Shown piece by piece: positions 8,862 through 18,623 of a DNA stretch of 64,000 nucleotides; position 1 is the first letter of the stretch; each line of letters begins with the position of its first letter. Source of the stretch: Pachysolen tannophilus NRRL Y-2460 (lineage: Eukaryota); contig KV454011.1 in the NCBI GenBank assembly GCA_001661245.1, positions 1,838,041 through 1,902,040 of the forward strand, in the 5' to 3' direction. The translations under genes were made by a program, and so were the position numbers. The notes beneath the pieces are model-generated. The model was not told the DNA's origin. It did no database searches and saw only the letters and a list, made by a program, of their open reading frames with translations.

Positions 8862-10787
8862 ATGATGTTTAAACAGGTTATTCAACGTAATATCTCCACT
8901 TCAATAAAGAAGAAATTTATACGTAATATTAACGTATCTCATTCCAGAGGAGGTGATCTGAAATTTTTACAACGTTCTCATAGAATTAGAACTCCCATAG
9001 GTAGACAAGCAGTCTTACAAGCTCTGGCAGAGTTACCCAAGACAACTAGATTATCTATTGAAGGTTTGGTTGAATGTGATTTATTAGGGTTCCAATTATT
9101 AAATTCTTCATTATTTAATAAAGGTTCTGCATTTAGCATTGAAGAAAGAGAAGCATTTAAATTGACTGGGTTATTACCTTCAAAAGTAAATACTTTGAAT
9201 GAACAAGTTGAAAGAGCATATAAACAATTATGTTATTTGAAAACTCCATTGGCTAAAAATGATTTTTGTGCTTCAATGAGAGTTCAAAATAAAGTTTTAT
9301 TTTATGCATTGGTTAGAAGACATATTAGAGAATTATTACCAATTATATATACTCCTACAGAAGGAGATGCTATTGCTGCATATTCTCATAGATTTAGAAA
9401 ACCTGAAGGTTGTTTCTTAGATATTACAGATATTAATTCGATAGATGATAGGCTCTCACGTTTTGGTGAAGAAAAAGATATTGATTATATTGTAGTTAGC
9501 GATGGTGAAGGTATATTAGGAATTGGTGATCAAGGTGTTGGTGGTGTTAGAATTGCAATTTCTAAATTGGCTCTTATGACTTTATGTGCAGGTATTCATC
9601 CTGGTAGAGTTATACCTGTTTGTCTTGATGCAGGTACTAATAATGAAAATTTATTAAATGATGATTTATATATGGGTAATAGATTTCCTAGATTAAAAGG
9701 TGAAAAATATGATAAATTTGTTGAAAAATTTATTATTAGTGTTAAGAGGAGATTTCCAGGTGCAGTGGTTCATTTTGAAGATTTTGGAGTTACAAATGCA
9801 AGAAGAATTCTTCAAAAATATAGGAATGTAGTTCCATGTTTTAATGATGATATTCAAGGTACTGGTGCTGTTGTAATGGCTTCAATTACTGCTGCTTTAA
9901 AGATAACAGATAGAAAATTATTGGATTCTGAAATTGTCATTTATGGGGCTGGTTCTGCTGGATTAGGTGTAGCTGATCAAATAACAAATCATATGGTTGC
10001 CCATGGTGCAACTCCAGAATATGCAAGATCAAGAATTCATTGTCTTGATCGTAATGGATTAATAACAGATGCAGCAACTGGAACTGCAACAGAGGATCAA
10101 TTGAAATATGCAGATAAAGATTCAGAATGGGAAGGAATTAATAAGAAATCGTTATTAGAAGTTGTTAAAAAAATTAAACCAACTGTACTTGTAGGTTGTT
10201 CAACTCAACCAGGTGCTTTTACTGAAGAAATTGTTAGAGAAATGTATAAGCATAACCCTAGACCAATCATTTTCCCATTATCAAATCCAACAAGATTGCA
10301 TGAAGCAATCCCAGAAGATCTCATGAAATGGACCGATAACCAGGCCTTAATTGCAACTGGATCACCATTCCAACCTGTCAATGGTTACACAATTTCAGAA
10401 AACAACAATTGTTTTACTTTCCCAGGTATAGGTCTTGGAGCATTATTATCTCGTGCTGCAATCATCTCAGATACAATGATTTCCGCAGCAGTAGACCAAT
10501 TAGCTTCAATGTCACCAAGTTTCAAAGACCCAAAAGCTGGTCTATTACCTAGATTAGAAGAAATTGATGAAGTCTCTGCCCATGTCGCTACTGCATTAGT
10601 GTTACAAGCAATTAAAGAAGGTGTAGCAAGAGTCGAAAGTGAAGAAAGACCTGGGGGTGGAAGTGTCCGTGTTCCTAGAGACTATAAGAGTTGTGTAGAC
10701 TGGGTAAAGTCACAAATGTGGAAACCTCTTTACAGAGCAATGGCTAAAGTTGAACATGTTCCTGAAATTCATACTTATCAATCTTAG
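8862..10787 (+). CDS. MAE1: Mitochondrial malic enzyme
   Basis: LFNKGSAF, LPIIYTPTEG, GILGIGDQG, FNDDIQGTG, GAGSAG, FPLSNPT; basic N-terminal presequence; first ATG at 8862. Confidence 0.96.
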   Translation: MMFKQVIQRNISTSIKKKFIRNINVSHSRGGDLKFLQRSHRIRTPIGRQAVLQALAELPKTTRLSIEGLVECDLLGFQLLNSSLFNKGSAFSIEEREAFKLTGLLPSKVNTLNEQVERAYKQLCYLKTPLAKNDFCASMRVQNKVLFYALVRRHIRELLPIIYTPTEGDAIAAYSHRFRKPEGCFLDITDINSIDDRLSRFGEEKDIDYIVVSDGEGILGIGDQGVGGVRIAISKLALMTLCAGIHPGRVIPVCLDAGTNNENLLNDDLYMGNRFPRLKGEKYDKFVEKFIISVKRRFPGAVVHFEDFGVTNARRILQKYRNVVPCFNDDIQGTGAVVMASITAALKITDRKLLDSEIVIYGAGSAGLGVADQITNHMVAHGATPEYARSRIHCLDRNGLITDAATGTATEDQLKYADKDSEWEGINKKSLLEVVKKIKPTVLVGCSTQPGAFTEEIVREMYKHNPRPIIFPLSNPTRLHEAIPEDLMKWTDNQALIATGSPFQPVNGYTISENNNCFTFPGIGLGALLSRAAIISDTMISAAVDQLASMSPSFKDPKAGLLPRLEEIDEVSAHVATALVLQAIKEGVARVESEERPGGGSVRVPRDYKSCVDWVKSQMWKPLYRAMAKVEHVPEIHTYQS

Positions 10788-11112
10788 ATAACAAATTTAA
10801 CTTTTATTATTTTATACTTTCTTTTCTCTTTTTTTTTTTTTTATTTTTTATTACAGTTTCTTGTTGTTTCTGTTTACTCTTTCATATTCCTCTACTGGAT
10901 TAACTATTCTATTGCTTTACCGTGTTTGTCTAGAGTTTAAACTAATATAATGAATAAACGATTTAATTAACTATTAAATAAATTAGTAGTGAGATTTAAA
11001 TTTTCTCTTTAACGGCGGATCAAAAAAAATAAAATAAAAAACACTTTGAAGAGCATCATCACTACTAGAATTCAATACATTTCAAATTTTTTTATCACTA
11101 GGTTGATTAATT

Positions 11113-14100
11113 ATGACTAATGAAGATGATAGGCTTGTGTTTCGAAGTATTAAACCATATTGTATAGCTTTATCACAAGTGGCCTTTTTACCGCCTGAAG
11201 TATTTGAGAAAACGCCTTCTAATAGAATAACAAATTTGTTGAATGATTTATTTATACATTTATCCGATATTATAAGAGAAGTCGATCTTCAAAATAAGGA
11301 GAGAGCTGTGGAATTATCGCCGAATCTTGCTGATTATGTGTTTGTGCCCATTGCTCAATTGTTGAAGCAGCCAAATTTGAAAGATAGACAGTTGGAATTG
11401 GTTTTAAAGATTATAAATATCTTGATTGAACGATGTTGGTTTGGCCAGGGCAAGTTGTCTAAAAGTTTATTACAGCAATTGTTACCATTGATTATATTTT
11501 TAATTGACAGTTCCAAGAATGATAAAGTAGAGGTCTCAAATGAATTAAGGCTAGCAGGTTTAAACTGTATCAGTTCTTTATTGAATTCATTACTATTACA
11601 AGATTTTGAATTTTTTACAAAAAAAAATTTGCAGCTTTTGGCAAATATGATTACTTTGTTATTGGATTTCACTTTAATTCAAAATAATGTTCTTTTGCAA
11701 ACTAAAAGTCTTGAAATATTATCAATTTTGTATTTTCAAGTAATCAATGATGGAGAAATTTTATCGTATATTTTACCTGGAAACGTTTCTACAATGGTAA
11801 AATTAATAGCTCAAAAAAATGGTTTAAAGACCCATTATAGCGTGCTAATCTTGGTTTTGAATTTATTGGGAGATTTGCTCAGTTTAGTGTTTAACGATAA
11901 ACAATTGGGAGTAATAGATACAAAAAGTGAAATCTCAAGTATTAATGATGTGGTGAAATTGGCGACTGAAATCACAACAAGGCAAAAAGAACATGAGTTG
12001 AACCCTATGGACTTGATAGAAACCAATACCAGAATAGTTATACCGGAAAACACTGATATAGGCAAGCAACAGCAACAGCAACATCATAGAACTAATTCAT
12101 GGCTCAAAGCAAGTAAATCCCAAATAAAACTCTCTTTCCCAATATTTGCATCTTTGAAAAATCATAATAGAGCTGAAGTAAGATTGTCTCTATTAAATTT
12201 TCTTGAAAAAATTATTAAAAATTGTTCTAAATCTTTGGATAATTGTTTACCGATAGTGATTGATATTTTGTCATTCTTAAATAACGAAGAAAGTTTGAAG
12301 CAAAAAGTTGAAATAATTTTAATGGAAAACAAAGAGTTAGTAGAGTTTTTCATTAAAAAGTTGGATAGCAAAATAGATTTATTACCAGCTGTTATATCGT
12401 CTCCAAATCAAGAGAAAATCTCCATTGAGATTGAATCTTTAAAATTTTTTCTCTATAATTTGCCAACTAATAACAACAATAATTTTTTAATTGAAAAACT
12501 TTGTGAGTCTTTGAATCAAAGTCTTACAAATTATTTCAAGTTTCAAATTAATTCCAAAAATTTCACACAAAAAAATGCTAAAACTTTAGTTGATATTACT
12601 TCAAGTTCAATAGGTACTGATTTTCTGTTAGTTTCTTCAAATTATGATAATCCTGAAAAAAATGAGATCGAAAGTGATTTATCAATTTTTGAAAATTTTT
12701 ATGGTTCTGATGTGGAAAACTCTTTGATAAATTTATTCAAAGAAATTGGTAGAAAACCAGAGTTTTCTAATTTTATTGTTAATCATTTGTTATCAATGCA
12801 TAATGAAAATGTGAGCTCAAATGTCGATGACATTACTGTTTTACTCGAAAGATCAGTTTCTTTGTGGATTGTTAATGGAATAATTCAAGGTTTTATAGAA
12901 TCATCAAATCTTGTTCAAAATGAAGATGTAATTTCCGAGTTTTTAATCATAGAAGATGGAAGCGGAGATCAGTCTTCAAACACTCAAGATTTCAGAAACA
13001 CAACATTCAAAGTTTTGGAATATGCAAATGAATTATTGGACCAAACATCTGCTTCTCATCATGATTTGGTAATCTCTTTGATTCAGTCAATTTCATTAGA
13101 TTCAATAGCATTATCATCTTCTGTTTTGAAGGAAGAATTCAAAACCGAGTTAATTGATTATCTATATCCGGTGATTGATTCTTTGGCTTCCCGCAATGAT
13201 AAAATTAGATTACATGCTCAAAATGCCGCTTTGGTTATTGCTAAGAACTGCTATGACTCTTCGATGTATCACTTGATACAGGAAAATTGCGATTACTTGA
13301 TAGATTCTTTAAGTATCAAGTTGACGTCTGATTTTATAACTCCAAGGACATCAAATGTTTTACTAGTGTTGGTAAAAATAGGGGGTATCGATTTAATCAC
13401 TCAGTTGACAGATATAATTAACAATATGTTTTCTTTAATTGATTTATATCATGGTTACTCAAGTATTTGTGAGGGATTTTTTGTGGTGTTCGATTGTATC
13501 GCAGAAGAAATCGAGAGAAGCCTTCTTCAAAACTATGATATAGAAAAACTAGAAAGAGAAAATACCACAACTTTTAAAAAACCATGGGGTCTAAGTTCAG
13601 TGGATGGGATTATTGATTTATTTGATGACAGCAAAAGAAAACTTGAAATTAATTTAGACGATAAAGAAATACCATTAGTTAAAAATCCTGGTGTACCTTT
13701 TGGTGAGGCTGTTGATAGTGACGATGATGATGAAGTAGAAGACGACGAAGAAGAAAGTGCTGTCATGGAAGCAGGCGGTAACAAAGAAGAATCCCAAAAA
13801 TGGGATTCTCCCGTCCCTAAATTTTTGTATTTTTTGGTTCAGAAGATTTTGCTATATGGCGATAGATTAATGCTATCCTCTGATTCAATGTTTTTGAAAC
13901 AAAGAATTTTGATGAATTTTCAGAAGATTTTGAAAATCTTGGCTACTTCACCAGATAATTTTTATCCCATTTTGTCGGATTTATGGCCCATTATTTTACA
14001 CTTATGCAATGATGACGAAGTTAGAATAATCTCACCATCGATGGAGACAGCTTCTTTGATGTTTAAATACGGCGGTGAGTTCATGAACAAACGATTTACT

Positions 14101-14520
14101 GAATTGTGGTATTCAATTAATAAAGACAATAAAATTTTCAAAAAATACTCAAAACTAATATCATATCACAACAGAAGCGAAGAGAAAAAAAACTCGACAG
14201 CTGTGCTCATTCAGGAATCTTTATCTTATAATGCTGATTTTAAATGTTATAAACAAATTATTGAAGTGTTAATACTTGGGTTGAACAAATATAATGATTT
14301 TTTACCCAGTGATGTCATTAGTAGCATAATCAATTGCTCTATATTACTTTATGATGATGTAGACCAATATGGTAAGAATATTGATATTGCCTGGTGGATT
14401 AAGTTTAAGCATGCTCAAAGTAATCAGGAGAAATTACAAGTGATTGGGCGTGATGTACCAGAGCAAATACAAATTAATAACGGAATGTCTTCATTTCAAT
14501 TCTATAGTCCAGAACTATGA
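11113..14520 (+). CDS. TTI1: TTT complex subunit Tti1 (HEAT repeats)
   Basis: F..IKPYCI.LS, LADYVFVPI, ILPGNVS, HRT.SWL, ELIDYLYP, N.DYLIDS motifs; near MAE1 as in S. cerevisiae. Confidence 0.85.
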   Translation: MTNEDDRLVFRSIKPYCIALSQVAFLPPEVFEKTPSNRITNLLNDLFIHLSDIIREVDLQNKERAVELSPNLADYVFVPIAQLLKQPNLKDRQLELVLKIINILIERCWFGQGKLSKSLLQQLLPLIIFLIDSSKNDKVEVSNELRLAGLNCISSLLNSLLLQDFEFFTKKNLQLLANMITLLLDFTLIQNNVLLQTKSLEILSILYFQVINDGEILSYILPGNVSTMVKLIAQKNGLKTHYSVLILVLNLLGDLLSLVFNDKQLGVIDTKSEISSINDVVKLATEITTRQKEHELNPMDLIETNTRIVIPENTDIGKQQQQQHHRTNSWLKASKSQIKLSFPIFASLKNHNRAEVRLSLLNFLEKIIKNCSKSLDNCLPIVIDILSFLNNEESLKQKVEIILMENKELVEFFIKKLDSKIDLLPAVISSPNQEKISIEIESLKFFLYNLPTNNNNNFLIEKLCESLNQSLTNYFKFQINSKNFTQKNAKTLVDITSSSIGTDFLLVSSNYDNPEKNEIESDLSIFENFYGSDVENSLINLFKEIGRKPEFSNFIVNHLLSMHNENVSSNVDDITVLLERSVSLWIVNGIIQGFIESSNLVQNEDVISEFLIIEDGSGDQSSNTQDFRNTTFKVLEYANELLDQTSASHHDLVISLIQSISLDSIALSSSVLKEEFKTELIDYLYPVIDSLASRNDKIRLHAQNAALVIAKNCYDSSMYHLIQENCDYLIDSLSIKLTSDFITPRTSNVLLVLVKIGGIDLITQLTDIINNMFSLIDLYHGYSSICEGFFVVFDCIAEEIERSLLQNYDIEKLERENTTTFKKPWGLSSVDGIIDLFDDSKRKLEINLDDKEIPLVKNPGVPFGEAVDSDDDDEVEDDEEESAVMEAGGNKEESQKWDSPVPKFLYFLVQKILLYGDRLMLSSDSMFLKQRILMNFQKILKILATSPDNFYPILSDLWPIILHLCNDDEVRIISPSMETASLMFKYGGEFMNKRFTELWYSINKDNKIFKKYSKLISYHNRSEEKKNSTAVLIQESLSYNADFKCYKQIIEVLILGLNKYNDFLPSDVISSIINCSILLYDDVDQYGKNIDIAWWIKFKHAQSNQEKLQVIGRDVPEQIQINNGMSSFQFYSPEL

Positions 14521-14757
14521 TGATATAATGTATAATTTACTTTGAATTAACGAATAATTGATAAATTTAAACTATTATTTCCCAATGAATAAAAAAAAGT
14601 AAAAGATGAAGAAACCTGAAAACTGAATAAAGAGAAAAATAATCAAACTAAGAACTGTTGTTACCTACCTAACCCTATGCTATCAAAAATATACACAAGT
14701 AACAAAAAAATAAACCTAATGAACAAGTAAAAACTATTTTGTAAAATAACCTACTTT

Positions 14758-16836
14758 TTATTCTACATCACTATCCACATCTTCTTTTCTGATATTATTA
14801 AAATCATCTTCACCTTCAAAATCTTCAGCATCTTCTTCAATGTCTTCTTCAACAACTTCATCCTCCTCATCATCATCATCTTCTTCAGAGTCACTATCTT
14901 CATCCTCACTCCATTGGATATAGGTTTTATTCACAATTTTTCTACATTTTTTTAAAGTTATTGGATCAAATGGGAAATAACCAGTTAAATTTGTAAAATC
15001 ATTTTTAGTTTGAAATCCGTTGCTAGCCCCGTTAGCAACTTTTAAGGAATCCAGGACTTGAAAAGAAGTGGAAAAATTCGAAGCAGTAATTCCATTTTGT
15101 TTTTCCCTTTTATTTTGCTCCATAATTGAATAACAATAGCATAAATTTTCTCTTGCTGAAATTTTAGCAAAGATTTGAACCACAGTTTGGTTTGAAAATT
15201 TTAAAGGATTAAATCTAGTAACTATCACTCTTCTGAAAAACTTGTCAATATTTAATTCCCAACCTTCCAGAACTGTACCATTATTTTCATCATCATCATC
15301 GGCGTTTATTTTTTTCAACATCTTGTACCTGAAACAGAAAATATATGATAATGTTTGAAAAACAGAATAAAACAATTTGAATTTTTCCATATTGGAACCA
15401 GCTTCTTGTACTTCATTTTCTCTTTCTACAATATATCTTTCCATCCAACTGATTAGGAAACTTACAACAAAGAGAATCTTATCTCTTGATAAATTTTTAG
15501 CCCTTGCAATATATGATGAAATATATTGCATTGATTTTATTCTTTTTTCAAAAGTTTCTCTTTGTGAAAAAGAAGTTTCTATTAATAAATACAAATATGA
15601 GTCCATTAAATCTTTATGTTGTTGTGATATTTGAAATAATAAGAATTGAACACATTTCGTATTATGAGTAGGAAGGATATATGATTTAAATAAAGAAGAC
15701 AAAACATTGAATAATTCTACACCGTTACCATTGTATAACTCTTCATCTGAAAATCGATCTTCTGTACTTTTAAGCAATAATTGCATTATTGAATCCAATT
15801 TTGATGATAAATCAGAAATATTTTTAATTTCCATATTATATTCTTCTTCTCCATTAAGTGCTTCATTTATTTCATCTTCGTCACGGAGTCCATTAAGATT
15901 CTCATCGTAGTCATCAGCATCAGCATCGGCATCAGCATCATCGAGATCTTCATCCTCTTCGTCGTCTTCGTCCTCATCGTCGTCGTCCTCATCATCTTCT
16001 TCTATTTCGTCTTGGGCCTCATCATCATCTTCAAGTTCATTTTGTAATTCAACGTCTAATTTTATGCAATTTTCTATTATCAAACACCATATAGTGAATC
16101 TTAACTGAGGACAATATTTAATCAATTTCAACAAGTTTGAAACATAATTGATTAAATCTTGTTTTCTATTTTGCTTATGAGGGAAATATTTATACAAGAT
16201 ATTTTGTAATAAATTTGTAGATGTTGGTATTATATTTAAAATGACTTTTAATATTTGATGATTAATTTCAACTTTACGGAAAATAAACTCTGATATTATT
16301 TTATTTAGCACATCAGAATTAAATTTTGGAATTGCACTTATAAGACATAATAAAAAATTTGAATAATTTTGTTGAAATAAAATTGGTTTATTTAATATGT
16401 TTATTTTAATTATAGACTGGATCAAGTCAACACAGTTCTTATTATCCAATCTGAAAACCTCCTGGGAAAGCATTTTCAAAATGCATTGTAAATCCTCTGT
16501 AGAAATTGAATCAGGATTATTACTTGGAAGATTAAGTTTTGAAGTTAAACTAAGTATAGGTAAATTATCATGATTATCTAAAGCATCTAACATTGATTTT
16601 ACATAAGTCTTAAACATTCTTCCAGAAAATGCCTCGCCCTCACCTCCATCCTCAACATCATTACTATCTATCTTCTTAATAAAATTCCCATCATGTAAAG
16701 TTATTAATATCTCTCCATTACTATGATCATTTTTCTTAACAGATTTTCTTTTCTTTTTCTTATCCATTTCATTGTCTTCGGGCATCGATCTTTTCAAATC
16801 CTTATCAGCCACCTGACGTCCCAGCACAGACATCAT
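14758..16836 (-). CDS. RRN3: RNA polymerase I initiation factor Rrn3
   Basis: IKLDVELQ, acidic insert, SKLDSIM, ILPTH.TK.VQF, YI.SYIARA, FNPLKF, YFPFDP; start taken at the first ATG. Confidence 0.93.
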   Translation of the reverse strand: MMSVLGRQVADKDLKRSMPEDNEMDKKKKRKSVKKNDHSNGEILITLHDGNFIKKIDSNDVEDGGEGEAFSGRMFKTYVKSMLDALDNHDNLPILSLTSKLNLPSNNPDSISTEDLQCILKMLSQEVFRLDNKNCVDLIQSIIKINILNKPILFQQNYSNFLLCLISAIPKFNSDVLNKIISEFIFRKVEINHQILKVILNIIPTSTNLLQNILYKYFPHKQNRKQDLINYVSNLLKLIKYCPQLRFTIWCLIIENCIKLDVELQNELEDDDEAQDEIEEDDEDDDDEDEDDEEDEDLDDADADADADDYDENLNGLRDEDEINEALNGEEEYNMEIKNISDLSSKLDSIMQLLLKSTEDRFSDEELYNGNGVELFNVLSSLFKSYILPTHNTKCVQFLLFQISQQHKDLMDSYLYLLIETSFSQRETFEKRIKSMQYISSYIARAKNLSRDKILFVVSFLISWMERYIVERENEVQEAGSNMEKFKLFYSVFQTLSYIFCFRYKMLKKINADDDDENNGTVLEGWELNIDKFFRRVIVTRFNPLKFSNQTVVQIFAKISARENLCYCYSIMEQNKREKQNGITASNFSTSFQVLDSLKVANGASNGFQTKNDFTNLTGYFPFDPITLKKCRKIVNKTYIQWSEDEDSDSEEDDDDEEDEVVEEDIEEDAEDFEGEDDFNNIRKEDVDSDVE

Positions 16837-17059
16837 TGCGCAAACAGCCAACACTGAAATGAAATCAAAAAGTACCAACCTACAAAAACAGCTAGCTTAT
16901 CAATTTCTTAAATCAATCAGTTAATCAATTAATTAAGTGATATATTATTATAATTATTATTATTATTATAACTCTTTTTTTTACTACTAAAAAGATAAAA
17001 AAAAAAAAAAAATTTTTTTTAAAAAAAAAAAAAAAAAAAAAATTTTTCTTATAAAAAAA

Positions 17060-17204
17060 TTACTTATTTAGGAAAAACACAAAAATTACTACATTCAGAA
17101 GTTAAAATTTAAATTTAAATTTCAAATTTTAAGAAATTTCCGGTTTAGGAAATTTTGGAAATATTTTATCTTTTTTGTTTTTCAAAAATTACCTATTTAG
17201 GAAA
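17060..17204. promoter_or_regulatory. Three Mcm1/MADS-box-like sites upstream of RRN3
   Basis: TTACTTATTTAGGAAA 17060-17075, TTTCCGGTTTAGGAAA 17137-17152 and TTACCTATTTAGGAAA 17189-17204 resemble TTWCC(N6)GGWAA. Confidence 0.5.
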
Positions 17205-17297
17205 GACGATTTATTTGGTTCAATTAGTGACCCGATTTGGTCAGAAAAAGAACCAAGAGGGTCACTATATGATCCTATTTATCTATAGCTAGCTAGT

Positions 17298-18437
17298 TTA
17301 TATCATTAATCTTCGTATGCATTCGATTTTCCATTGGCCATCGAGGTATTTGCACCCAAGGAGGGTTTGGCCGGTTACTGGGCACCTTCCGTATTCCAGT
17401 TCGTTGTCGTCAAGTCCGTTGAGGTAATTGTGTATACAGGAATAACAGAAAACGAACCCAGTTTCTATAACTGTTGGGTTAGTTATCTTTTTATTGCATA
17501 ATGGACAATTTTTGTAGGAATTAAGATTCTTGAATTTTGGTGGTGGGAATTTCTTATCTATGCTGTCTTTTGTTGAAAATTTGGAGGCAAAATCGCTTGA
17601 ATTCCACCATTCTAAGAATTTTAACAAGAAAATAGAAGCTGGGAAAATTTTGTTTGAAAGTAATAACACCAACACTTTTGCTGGTTTTAAAGTTCTTAAA
17701 ATCAGTAGATATACCTGTTGAGACAATGTTGGAGGTCTGAATATAGTCTTTCTAGCTGGGGTATTTGTATTTAAATAATTTTCAACTCTTTTTTCATTTA
17801 ACTGATAATCAAAGGTGTTTAATCTAGCATAATTGATCTTGAATAAATAAGTTAATAATGTTGGTGATTTCACATTCCCACTTAAATAAAGTACTTTAAA
17901 TAATAAATCTAAAACCAATAAACTAGTTTTAAAAACTGGATATATAGTAAGAAATAAATTTTCAAAACTTGTTAATTCTTTATTCAACAATTTTTTAGAA
18001 TATATTTTATCATGAAGTAAATCCAATTTCTCTTTCAAATAATCCAAGCCAACAATTTCAATCAAACTAATAAATATTTGTAAACTTTTTAACCGCCTTC
18101 TAGATTCTTTAATATCAATTGGGATTTCAGATAAATTCCCACTATAATGATTATCTCCTAATACTCTTTTCAACCCATAAAACTTTTCAATAAACGTGGA
18201 ATTCCAATTCTTAAGAAAATTGTATTCAATCAGTCCTCTTGCTATTAAATTGAATTCATCAAATCTATTTATTAATCTTATCAAATATCTATTGGGAAAT
18301 CTTTGGATATATTGAACTATTATAAATCGTATAGACGGAGATAATAATTTTTCCAATTGAGTCAGTGATATTATTTCAAATAAAGTCGGACTGTCAACAT
18401 CCAATAATCTAGAATCTAACGAAGAATAATAATCCAT
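17298..18437 (-). CDS. PEX12: Peroxisomal RING peroxin Pex12
   Basis: MDYYSSLD...PTLFEI, F.EKFYGL.R, FLLKFLEWW, C-terminal CPLC..NPTVIETGFVFCY.C...CPVTG. Confidence 0.93.
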   Translation of the reverse strand: MDYYSSLDSRLLDVDSPTLFEIISLTQLEKLLSPSIRFIIVQYIQRFPNRYLIRLINRFDEFNLIARGLIEYNFLKNWNSTFIEKFYGLKRVLGDNHYSGNLSEIPIDIKESRRRLKSLQIFISLIEIVGLDYLKEKLDLLHDKIYSKKLLNKELTSFENLFLTIYPVFKTSLLVLDLLFKVLYLSGNVKSPTLLTYLFKINYARLNTFDYQLNEKRVENYLNTNTPARKTIFRPPTLSQQVYLLILRTLKPAKVLVLLLSNKIFPASIFLLKFLEWWNSSDFASKFSTKDSIDKKFPPPKFKNLNSYKNCPLCNKKITNPTVIETGFVFCYSCIHNYLNGLDDNELEYGRCPVTGQTLLGCKYLDGQWKIECIRRLMI

Positions 18438-18623
18438 ATCCTTCAAAGCAACTGATCATATTAGTTTAAATATCTATTCATTAAAATAATACAAGAAAAG
18501 CAAAAATATAAAATATAAAATATAAAATATAAAAATTAAATAGAAAATGCAATATTAAGTAAGAAAAAAAAAACAAAACAAAAACAACCAAAAAAAATAA
18601 AGAGATAACAAATTTTCAATTTT

